From: Saccostrea echinata
Lineage: Eukaryota
Direction: 5' to 3'
DNA: 64,000 nucleotides
Assembly (NCBI RefSeq): GCF_033153115.1
Contig: NW_026889803.1
Location: 1,612,001-1,676,000, forward strand
Part shown: positions 28,400-38,869 of the stretch, piece after piece
Position numbering within the stretch: the stretch's first letter is position 1
How the letters are laid out: the number at the start of each line of letters is the position of its first letter
Notes under the pieces: generated by a model
What the model saw: only the letters and a program-made list of their open reading frames with translations
Told to the model about the DNA's origin: nothing
The model's database searches: none
Translations under genes and position numbers: made by a program

Positions 28400-29992
28400 A
28401 ACTAGAACAAAGCTCATTGCAAAGCAACAAGAAGGTCTTCCGACGGACGTCGAAAGTATTGTTACGTTCCGATAAGTTTACCTGTGAAATTCGGATTAAC
28501 TGTTGTTGACAAGTTCCGAATAAACGGACCCTGAACCCGATGTGTATAAACTACTAAAATATTTGTCAATGAACAATGAACGAAAGAATTGAACAATGAT
28601 TTATTATTTGAACTTTATCAATTTTATTTATGTATTGTAATTACAAAGCGTTATGTTGTATATGTTCTATATAGGTACAACGTTATTAAGTAATTTTAGT
28701 GGTCAAAACCCGCTAACTTACAAATTAGATATTGATTGTGACGTTATTGGTATCTGACGTTTATACGTCATCATAACAACTTTTGTCTATAAAAGACAGC
28801 TGTTTTGTGTTTAGAAGTCAGAATGCATTGGGTTGCGACTCCGTATACTTCGGGTGTAAGACAGTGGTATGTACAAACAGTACCAAGTCTATGTATACGA
28901 AATCATTAGTGAAGAGTCACTCAGAGTAGAAACGTCCTGGATTGACCATTGGTTCGTCATCTTTGTATTAACCAAATAACGTTGTACCAACCAGGTTTAT
29001 CATTGTGCTTATAATTGAACCATTTGATCGTCTTAATAAATATCATAAACTTTATAACGTGTTATTCGTCACGGTTCTAGTGCAGATATTATAGTGAACT
29101 AAAAATTGGTCATTTCGCCAATTATTCAGTGGACCAAAAATTGGTCATTATTCCGATTGTATATAAACTTTGTGGATAACCATTTCAACCTTGACCAGTT
29201 ACCAGTAACCAACAGCGGCCCACGATTAACTGATTAAGTAATAACCTTATACCCTCGGTTTCGTTACAGTATTTTATAAGAGTTTATATCATTATAATGA
29301 TAACATTTCGACAAATTTCTGGAAATTTCACAAAAAATCATTTTTAAACAACTTCCGGTTCCAATTCGGACATTTCCGGTTGTTAGATCGTCACTTCCGG
29401 TTGACGTAGAAAGTCACAAGGCCAGAAAAAACCTTTAAACTCAATTACAAAATCATTTTATACTATTTCTAATGATTTTAGAGAAAAAAACTTCATTAGT
29501 CATCTATTTCCGGTTTACACCGGAAGTCTTTCCAATTGATGGTTTTTGTTGCCGATTTTAGTTCTATATCCCTATATTCAAAACTGTTTTTCAAAAATAT
29601 CAAATATCACTTCCCAGTTTGTCGGAAGTGATGGATACAATAATTAAAGGCATTAGCACTACTCAAAGAGATGTTCTATCTTTTCTGAAAAAATAAATTG
29701 TCTATGTTGAGTCCATCTTCATCTATCTTGAGTCGTTTACAAGAAAATGCGTGGACTAAATAAAAATTTGAAAAATGAAAATCAGACAGAAAATGCAATC
29801 GGAAGTGATTTTTCAAAAAAATGAAGAAAAAAAAAACGGTCTGGAGATATAGTAATGATGCATCATTCCTGAAAAATCTTTGAAATCAGTTGACTATTTT
29901 CCAAGAAATCATGTGTATTATGGAAATGGAATAATAAAAATAATAGGAAACAGAAAACAGTAAGGTCTTCTGAAAGAAGTCGGAAGACCTTT
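28400..29992 (-). mobile_element. Non-autonomous Helentron/HINE-type element hosting a solo LTR
   Basis: Subterminal motif AAGGTCTTCCG at 28432, terminal hairpin AAGGTCTTC..CGGAAGACCTT at 29962-29991, a short palindrome CTCATTGCAAAGCAACAAG near the other end, and internal ACTTCCGG repeats. Confidence 0.65.
28460..29268 (+). mobile_element. Solo LTR (809 bp, Gypsy-like)
   Basis: TGTTACG...CGTTACA termini with a 4-bp TSD GTAT (28456-28459, 29269-29272), TATAAAA at about 28788 and AATAAA at about 29035. It is more CpG-rich than its flanks and has no internal coding region. Confidence 0.75.
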
Positions 29993-31369
29993 ATAAAGAT
30001 AAATAAAGTACGGAAATAAAGTGCCCCGCCACAGCATGATACTCCCATCAAATATTGTTCAATTGTTATAAACAGTTTAGAGTAAAAGAAAATCATGTCA
30101 ACCTTGATACAAGGATTTCAATGATTTTTCCATTCCTTTTAATAATTGTTTATACATCTCCTGTGGTGTAGGCATTAATTATAACAAATATTACATTATA
30201 GATCCTCAACTGGTTGTGTTAGAGCTTGACAAATGTCCATCTGCACCCCCCCCCCCCCCCCCCCCAGCTTTCAGATTTGTGAGACATGATGCTCTGAATT
30301 AGTTGATATTTTCAAAATATTAAATAAAAATATCATATTAAACAATATCAATTTAGTCTTAACAACTTAATCTATATCAAATTAATATTAAAAATAAAAG
30401 GCTGGCCATCAAATGACATATGCTATAAACTGACCAGCAGTTCTTCTGTCTAATTCCCAAAGGATACAGATAACAGCTGCTTGATCAGAGATCATCTAAC
30501 AGAAATGATTGAGACAGCTAGCCTCCCTACACTGAACTCATTAATTAATCTCTAACTGCATGGATGCATGTCCACTCATTAATCCCAATGGATGAATGGA
30601 TCTATACATACTATCTGCTTTGTAGTGCAATAAAAATGCATATTTATGTCATTCTGAAATTAAATTTGAAAACAAAGATTTTTTTTTAAAATTTGTAACA
30701 AAGATTTATAAAAAGAAACAAAAACTTGTGTAATCTTGATGCAACATTTTTAATAAGGTTCCTGGAATTTACTCTTAGATTTGTAGGTACTATCTACCAT
30801 AATTAAAAACATTTTTTTTAAATACTTGATTTTTTTTTAGATTTAATGTCAGACTGGTTTTAAGCTGCAATACCGAGTATAATTAGTTTTAATTATATTA
30901 TATAATAATTATATTATTTATTAATAAATTATAATTTGTTATACAATATCAAATAAGTTTTTAATTACTTTTCACCAAATTCATTTTAAAAGTTCGGCTA
31001 GCCAACTATTTAATCCAACACAGCTGATTCTTTTTGCCCAGTTCCCAAGAGATATAGATAACACCTGCTTGATCAGAGATGCTCTACCAGTTAGCTCCTC
31101 ACACTAAACTCATTAATTTCTCTCTAATTTGACATGCAATTTTCTGTTATCAAATTCTTCTTGACCAGTGCTTGATAATTACACCCATGGGAGAGGTGGA
31201 ATTTTTCCTTGTAACATTACATTTATTATAGATTGCTGTAAAGTATATTATGAAAAAATAAATATTTTCTTGATTTAACATTTTTTAAAATAAGGATACT
31301 GCAACACTCTTGCATTTTTTGGGATTGTGTGATCTAATAGTAAAAAACATTTTTTTTTAAATTTCACTT

Positions 31370-31712
31370 AAATTAAAGGACACAGTGACCTTGAAATAGG
31401 TCACGACACACCTTCTACCTAATATGCATAAATTGACCAAGTTTGATGATTCCAAGTCTTATAGTTTTCTAGTTAAGAGCCGGACAGGATTTTTCCATAT
31501 TTGGCCATAGCATCTTAATTAAAGGTCAGAGCGACCTACTTTCAATGTGCGACACACCTTCTACCCAAGAAGTATCAGCTGACAAAATTTGATAATCCTA
31601 GGCCTAATAGTATTAAAGTTATGAGCTGGACACGATAAAAGCTAACAGACGGACGGACGGACATGAACGTCAATAACATAATATGTCCCGTCTAAAGACA
31701 GGCGTATAAAAA
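31370..31712 (-). mobile_element. Helentron/HINE fragment (second copy at about 36366-36680)
   Basis: Internal repeats GACACACCTTCTACC..AAGTTTGAT..TAATAGT, a (GACG)n microsatellite and a terminal hairpin CCCGTCTAAAGACAGG followed by TATAAAA. Confidence 0.6.
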
Positions 31713-32503
31713 TGATCAGGTAGGGTAAGGCTGATTTTAATGGGTCAGTCAGAGTACATTATTTGAACAAATCATTTTCTATTGTTGGCCTAGGGTCCAA
31801 TTTTCTTGGTTTGAGAAATAATATTGGTCATGAGGATTTGAATTCCTTGATGAAGACATACTGTAATCTAACATTTTGTGGAGGACATGAATTCATGGTT
31901 CTCAGACTCTTTATACCATATAAACAATGACCCCCCCCCCCCTCAAAAAAAATAGTGATTTAACAGCATTTTAACAGGGACCTTTAGAAAATTCACTTTG
32001 ATTACACTTTATATAAAAATCTGTATATACCAGTACAAATAAATGGAAAATAGTAACAAGTTTTGCATCAATGAATTTATTGAGAGATTGTTCTTTTATA
32101 CATAAAATTAAAAAAGTGTAAGATATAAAAATTTGCATCTCAAGATAATTAAATTATTTTAAAAATATACATTTCCATTTCTTATTAGTCCTAAAGTGTT
32201 CTTCATCTACATCATTAAAATAACACACAAAAATGTGTGCAAAAAAAGGATAAACTATAAGACAACACAAATATTGATAATTGTGCTAAGTTTCTGACCA
32301 TTCATGGCATTGTATCACAAGATTTTTTGTTACACTTCAGAATACATGTACTACACTGTAACAACCTGTTGGTATTTGAAGTATGAAAGCTATAAACATA
32401 AAAAATCCTGATTAAGCAATCAAAAACTTTCATGTATCTGTTTTCTTTGTAGAAGTCATGTTCATCCTTTACATCAAATATGCAATATACCAAATTTCAG
32501 CAA

Positions 32504-35496
32504 TTATTTCCCTTCAAATATTGATTTGACCGGGGAAATAAAATAAGTGTCCAATGTCTCCCAGAGATTCTTCCCAAAGCTCAGTCTTCCTACACCAGAT
32601 TTCTTATCAGAATCAGGTTTTGACATCTCCTGAAGTTTAATGTCCTCGGCAATTTCTTCCCTTTCAATTAAATGTCGGTCTTTGACCGGAAAATCAACAC
32701 TGTTAAACCTGCTCAATGGTATCAAAGATGCATTCACATTTTCCCTCTGTCCTTTTAATTCTAATCCAACTTGTGGACTTGGAAATGAGTCTTTGAAATT
32801 TAAATGCTGCGTCACATCACTAGGTGGATCAATAAGAGAACTTTCCAAACTAGGGAGATTCAAAAGAGGGGCATCAGTGCCCTTGTACAAGTTAAGTCCC
32901 TTTTTATGTCTGCATGACTGTTCAAGAACAGATACATTTACAGTTGTGTTACAACTCTTTTTAGACTTCTTCAGTGCTGTGCCCAGAATATCTGCAACTT
33001 GTCCATCTTCCTCTTCCACTATATTTAATGTTGTGTGGAAGGACTTGCCCATTTGCACTGACTTGTCGCCTTTCCCTGCGTATGTTTTTTCCAGGAGAGA
33101 ACTATCATTTTCTCTGATTCTTTTTTTGGCAGACATTTCTGTGAGAACATTAAGAGGAATGTCTCCAGAGGTATTAAGGTGAGTTTCTGGTGATTGTACA
33201 ACAACAAATCTAGTTCTATCCAGCCAGTCTCCATTGGATTCTGGTTTCCTTTTTGTCCTTTTTCTTTTTTTTCTTGCGTGATTGTTTCCATTTCCTTCGA
33301 CGGAATCACCGTGCTCATCCTCAAAATCTGAAGAGGTCACATTCTGTTCAATGCTTGGTTTCTTGATAGCCCTTCTTCCTTTTTTTCTGGGGTGATGCTT
33401 TTCAGTATCAGTATCTCTGTTTTCATCCTCAGAAGATGAGGTGACATTCTGATCAAAGCTCAGTCCAGAAGCTCTCTCTTCATGTGACCTCTGTCTTAGA
33501 TTTCTCTTTGGTTTCCTTTGGCGAGATGGAATGCATCTGAGAGGCTGTTTCTGTTTTCTTAATATTGATGAATATCTTGTTCCACTCTGACTTCTTACAT
33601 CCTCCATCGGGCTTTGCTCCTCTGAAAGCTGGCTGCTTCTATTTTGGACCCTCCTTGAACTTCTTGTGCTGGATTTTTGAGTTGTATTATTATCTTCCAG
33701 TACACAATGATCTGTATCTTTTCCCTGAACTTTTAAGTAGCTTTTCTTACATGTCAAAGTAACTTCAAATAAGAATGGATACACCTTCAGTATTTTTCCA
33801 TTCTTCTTAAATGTTATTTTTTGAGAAATTTTCCATGGTTTTCTGTTAAAGGTCACAACAAAATGTTTGCTGCAAACAGTCTTGAGAATTTGATTTCGCT
33901 GAGACAGGTATATTAATCCTCTCAGTACTTTGTCAATATCTTCTGCGGTTTCTGAAAATAAAAAATGAATTATTTACCAAGTGGCTAAAAATAAAATCTG
34001 AATTATCTTCAATATTCTTCAACCAGGGACCCATTTCATAACTTACACTAAGACCAATAATTTTAGCTCTTACCTACCTTATACTATTCTCAAATGAGAG
34101 GTCCATGGGCCACAATGCTCACCTGAGAAACTTTAGTCTTGCTGTTCCTCCTCAGATTTTTAAAAGATTGTTAAATTCCCATGAAAAATTTTGACCCCAT
34201 ATTATGCTCTAAAAGGACTCTGAATTTAATCCACACATCATGGTTATGCTTCAATATGGCCTTGCAGTTATGGAGCAGAAAATTCTTTTCCTTTATACAG
34301 ATATACCAGCATTATGTAAAATATAATCCTGATTTAAGTCAACTAAGTGAACTCTTATCCAGGATCCATAATTTGAAAAAAGTTGATTCCACACAACTTG
34401 GGAATGTTTGCAAATCAATGGTTCTATTGTGGTTTTTTGAGATTTTCAATAAAAAAAAGTTTTTATAGTCCCATGTAAAACTTTGATCCCCCTGGGGCCA
34501 TGATTTGAACAATTTAGAATATAACTACCTCAGGAAGCTTTCACATAAGTTTCATATTTTCTGGTTTAGTGGGACTTGAGATTTTTTCCCCCTATATATT
34601 TCTATGTAAACATTTCATTCCCTACTTCGGCCCCATCCTAACCCTGGGGAATTGATTTGAACAAATTAGAAACTAAGCTACCTTACAAAGCTTTCACTTA
34701 AGTTGCATCTTTTCTGGCCCATTATTCTTAAGAAGAAATTTTTTTTAATGATGGTTGACCCTACCCTATTTTGCCTTTTCTTGATTATCTCCCCTTGGAA
34801 GGGGGATTGGCCCTTCATTTGAATAATTTAGAATATCCTTTACCCAAAGATGCTTTGTGTTAACTTTAACAACTTTAAAATTGACCCAGTGCTTCTTGAG
34901 AGGAAGTCAAAAACATGGCCGTAGGAACGGGGGGGGGGCATGGGGGGGCTGTGCCCCCCAATAATTTTGCCGATTTATATAGATTACTATAGTAAACTTA
35001 GATACTTTATGCTTGTGCCCCCCAAAAAAAAAACGTCTGATAACCCTTCTTTTTTTTTTTGCTTGTCAAGGAATTTTTGGTAGTTGATGCCCCCCCCCCC
35101 CCTTTTTTTTTTTTTTTTGCTTGTCAGGAAATTTTTGGATAGTGTCCCCTCAACTGTCAACTGAAAATATATGGCTGTGCCCCCCCCCCCCCCCCAAACT
35201 GAAATTGCTTCCTACGGGCCTGAAAAATGTGAAAAGTTTACAGATGGATGGATGCTGGACAAGGGGTGATCAGAAAAGCTCACTTTAAGTTTTCAGCTTA
35301 GGTGAGCTAAATGTATTTTTACAGAGTCTTACAAGTTTTTTTTCAAATTACTTAAAAGAAGAAAATACTAACCTTTTCCAGTGAGAAATTGATTTAAATT
35401 TCCATCACAACAGTTAGATTCATGGCAATGAAATAATTTTGTTTTGTACAAATGGTCCACATGCAAGATCAGCTTTGTTTTATCGTCAGCAGCCAT
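32504..35496 (-). CDS. MAJIN: MAJIN-like (membrane-anchored junction protein) meiotic telomere-nuclear envelope protein, ~523 aa (exons 35496-35373, 33951-32504)
   Basis: Spliced N-terminus MAADDKTKLILHVDHLYKTKLFH...GKETAEDIDKVLRGLIYLSQRNQILKTVCSKHFVVTFNRKPWKISQKITFKKNGKILKVYPFLFEVTL. It aligns by eye with the human MAJIN N-terminal domain as recalled (ETRFLHAGPNVYKFKI...TQELEDSVRVVL...EHFIVFPYKSKWERVSHLKFKHGEIILIPYPFVFTLYV). The phase-1 GT-AG intron fits. The gene model is solid; the orthology is inferred. Confidence 0.7.
34092..35311 (-). mobile_element. Helentron/HINE-type non-autonomous element filling most of the MAJIN-like intron
   Basis: Ends GAGGTCCATGGGCCACAATGCTCACCTGAG and GTGATCAGAAAAGCTCAC..TCAGCTTAGGTGAGCTAAA (subterminal GCTCACCT inverted repeat), with degenerate internal tandem units. 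It is the same family as 53436-54371. Confidence 0.8.
34914..35222. mobile_element. Poly-G/poly-C MITE with a 5-bp TSD AAAAA, nested in the Helentron
   Basis: CATGGCCGTAGGAA ... TTCCTACGGGCCTG, with AAAAA on both sides. Removing it restores the host GAAGTCAAAAATGTGAAAAGTTTACAGA (compare about 54281-54305). Confidence 0.75.
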
Positions 35497-36749
35497 TTCC
35501 TGAAAATACATACAAAAGAAGCTTTAATAAATTAATATTACAAGTCACATCTTTGCGTGCTTTAAATAAACGAAGGGGCTAATCAGCATGCACTGAATAA
35601 ACAAAGCCGCTAGTCCATCTTGCCTCTGCTAGGCATATTCATTTATTTTTGCAAGGAAAAAAAGGGCATGGCGCTGGAAAAAAGGGCATGGCGCTGCGCC
35701 ATGCTAGTTTGCTTTAGATTTAACACTATCAAGACTTTTTAAATTATCATTATTGTACCTGTTGTAATAGCTGACATGGATTCTACACTACTGAAATGGA
35801 CAGGGATTTTGACAGCAGTAGATATAGATAGGTATAGAACTACTATTGCACTTAAATACTGACTATGGATAAAACTTCCATTTAGTCTTAAAGTTGCTGG
35901 TATGTTGAACAACAGGATGGCTTATATCTATAACAACAACAATTCAAGTAACTGAATTACTTTTTCACTTGAGAAGACGCAAGCCAAAGGAACAAGATGA
36001 GTTTGTGAAACACTGATGCCCCTGTATGACAGCTCATAACAAAGGCTGAAGTTTCTCAAATGCAAGTCAAGCTCCGAAGTCAAAAATCAAGAGATCAAAA
36101 ATGTTGGTACATAAAAGAAAGATGCTTAAAAAATTAAATTACCTATCTAACTCTTCTTGACATGTTTCATTAGATATTTATATTGTGCACTTATTAACAG
36201 CAAATTCCAAACTAAGCATCTTATTTGCAAATAAAATGATTTTTTTAATGCATTTTCTTTAAAAAAATACAAAAAAATTCATATAAAATAATTAAGAGCT
36301 AATATTAATCTTTCCATGCTGAAACCAGATCCATTAAATAAAATCTTGGTGTAGCATTCCTCCTTAAGTAAGATGTGACACACCTTCTACCTAAGAGGCA
36401 TTAATTCGCAAAGTTTGATGATTCTAGGTCTAATAGTTTTCTAGTTACGGGCCAGATAGGATTTTTCCATATTTGGCCATAGCATCTTAATTAAAAGTCA
36501 CAGAGAGACCTATTTTTTTAGGTGTGACACACCTTCTACACAAGATGTGTCAGCTGACAAAGTTTGATAATTCTAGGCCTAATAGTATTAAAGTTATGAG
36601 CGGGACACAGAAAAAGCTAACAGACAGATGACCGGATGCCAAAACAAAATACATCCCGTCTTAAGACAGGCATATAAAAATCACACTTTGATGCAGTAAT
36701 AATTAAGAGCTCGCAGTGTCGAGCGGCACATTACACCACAAGCTATTAA

Positions 36750-37295
36750 CAGGTTGGGCACACTTCCCTTCTTAAGTAACTGTTACGCTAAAAGGGAATT
36801 GTTCTTCTTCCCTTTTAGCGTAACAGTTACTGAAGACGTATATAGAACGTTATTTCGTTATTATGATATTGTCTTACAGACCCAGTTTAACGATAGAATT
36901 CGTTTTGTGTACTGGCAATGTAGCAAAATAAACACAGGCGATAACTCGAACTCTGTGCATTTTCTATCAACAATCCAGAGAGTTCCGAATGTCAACATGG
37001 CATGTAAATATAAAGCGAGGAAAAAACGTTGAGAAAATGAGTTGAATTTTCTTATCTATAAGGATTATTTTTAAAGTTAAAAGACATATACAATCTCAAA
37101 AAGGTTTGTTACGATTAATTTGGCAGTTATTTTCAGTGCAACTCCTTTTGTATTCTTCAAAATCATTTTGGAGTGGATCCGCTCCAATTTGCTATATTGC
37201 AAGTATATGGGACGTATTCTAACTGTGGTAAGGGCTTGTCCCGAAACAGAGTTAGATTATTCTAACTACAAAAGAAGGGTAGTGTGCCCAATCTG
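36750..37295. mobile_element. ~105-bp palindromic CAG-ended MITE interrupted by an Academ-like element
   Basis: Outer arms CAGGTTGGGCACACTTCCCTTCTT / AAGAAGGGTAGTGTGCCCAATCTG and a perfect 24-bp inner hairpin AGTAACTGTTACGCTAAAAGGGAA / TTCCCTTTTAGCGTAACAGTTACT. The flanks are ATTAA / ATTAT. Confidence 0.75.
36839..37268 (-). mobile_element. Academ-like non-autonomous element (430 bp), reverse orientation
   Basis: Reverse-complement homolog of 38440-38869 over its whole length, with degenerate 9-bp flanks CTGAAGACG / CAAAAGAAG. Confidence 0.8.
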
Positions 37296-37623
37296 ATTAT
37301 CCATCTGAACATTTTTTTAAAAGGAGTTTAGTAAATCATCCCTGGCTTGGTCTCCAAAAAAATCTTAAGGTGAACAAAAATATGATACACAGATTTACTG
37401 AGAGATTACAAGACGATGTATATAACTTAATCAGGTCCAGTACAATCAGTACATTTAGCTATGTAGCTAAAATTACCTACCGTAGCTTTATTTACCTACC
37501 TCAGGTAGCTTTATTCAGCTATTTCAAGGCAACTTTTCACAATTTTGCTTTTTATTTTAAAAAGACAAAAAGTTGCAAGTAAATGTCTACTAATACATAT
37601 TCTAGGTATTATTTAAAATGCAA

Positions 37624-38347
37624 GGCCAAAAATAAAATTAGCTTTGTTTGGCATTGCTGGCTAACTCACATATATCGGTGCGGTCCGAAGAATTTTTTCA
37701 ACAGATACTGATCATAATTTTTATTTCGTTATATTCATCCGGATTTAGGTGTTTGTAGGTTTGAGTAATATATACAGAATGGGAAAGAATCTTGTATACA
37801 CTTGATTGACCGAACAGTTTTCATTTATAAGCATCTGTTCAGTGTGATGTTGAATAAATGCGTATCACGAATCCAAGCATGGCTGTCGAAAGCGGTAATG
37901 TAAACTCGGTATAACAGAAGTTGATGGCATGACTCTTTGGTAATGTGGTTTTAAATGGAAAAAGTAAACTGATGTATTCGATATACCAGTTCGAAATAGA
38001 ACTTTCACAGTATAATGTCCTGTCCGATTTGCTAGATGAATCTAGCTGCCATGCTTGGATTCGTGCACATGATAACGTCTTTATACTAATTTAATGTCGG
38101 TGATTTTTAATACCATGTTTATTACAGTTTTAAAACTAAAAAGGTTTGAAAATAAATGACAAAACTGGGATCAATTCGGACTGTGGTTGTTGTTAAACCA
38201 TCAGAAACCCATGACACCCGGATACAATCAACATGTGCCATTTCTGAAATTTAAATAAAAAAAAAAAAAAAAAAAATTTTCCCTACCTACCAACCCAAAC
38301 TTATAAAGACTAAGTCGGCAACGCCAAACCAAAAATATTTTGTGGCC
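37624..38347. mobile_element. Harbinger-like MITE (GGCC ends, 3-bp TSD CAA)
   Basis: CAA|GGCCAAAAATAAAATT..TTTGGCATTGC ... GCAACGCCAAACCAAAAATATTTTGTGGCC|CAA. It shares the subterminal A-run + TTCCCTACCTACC with the 8818-9223 element. Confidence 0.7.
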
Positions 38348-38439
38348 CAATCTAAAGCAGTGATAGTTTTAACATTGCTGCGTTTGAACACTTTTAAGGA
38401 AAATATGTATTTCCATTGTCTGAGTAACTGTACACCACC

Positions 38440-38869
38440 TAGTTAGAATAATCTAACTGTGTCTTGGGACAAGCCCTCGCCACAGTTAGAATACGTCCCA
38501 TATACTTGCAATGTAGCAAATCGGAGTGGATCCATTCCGAAATGATTTTGAAGAATACAAAAGGAGTTGCACTGAAAATAACTACCAAATCAATCATAAC
38601 AAACCTTTTGAGATTGTATATGCCTATTAACCCAAAGAATAATCCATATAAATACAAAAATTCAACTCATTTTCTCAACGTTTTTTCCTCGCTTCAAATT
38701 TAACGCCATGTTGACATTCAGAACTCTCTGGATTGTTCATAGAAAATGCACAGAGTTCCGAGTTATCGCCCATGTTTATTTTGCAACATTGCCAATACAT
38801 GGAACGAATTCTATCGTTAAACCGGGTCCGTAGGACATTTATCATTTTAACAATAGAACATTCTATCTA
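38440..38869 (+). mobile_element. Academ-like (AcademH-type) non-autonomous element with a perfect 9-bp TSD
   Basis: TAGTTAGAA...TTCTATCTA termini. TACACCACC occurs at 38431-38439 and 38870-38878. Confidence 0.85.

Noticed and set aside
32640-33762. ORFs 32640-33182 (+), 33025-33324 (-) and 33565-33762 (+)
   Set aside because: Antisense or alternative-frame shadows of the long MAJIN-like exon, with no independent motifs.
38439-38703. Overlapping ORFs on both strands (also 36754-37032)
   Set aside because: They lie inside the 430-bp non-autonomous repeat and have no transposase motifs.
36839-38869. A single 2-kb element with 430-bp TIRs
   Set aside because: Each arm has its own 9-bp TSD and sits in a different host element, so they are two independent insertions.
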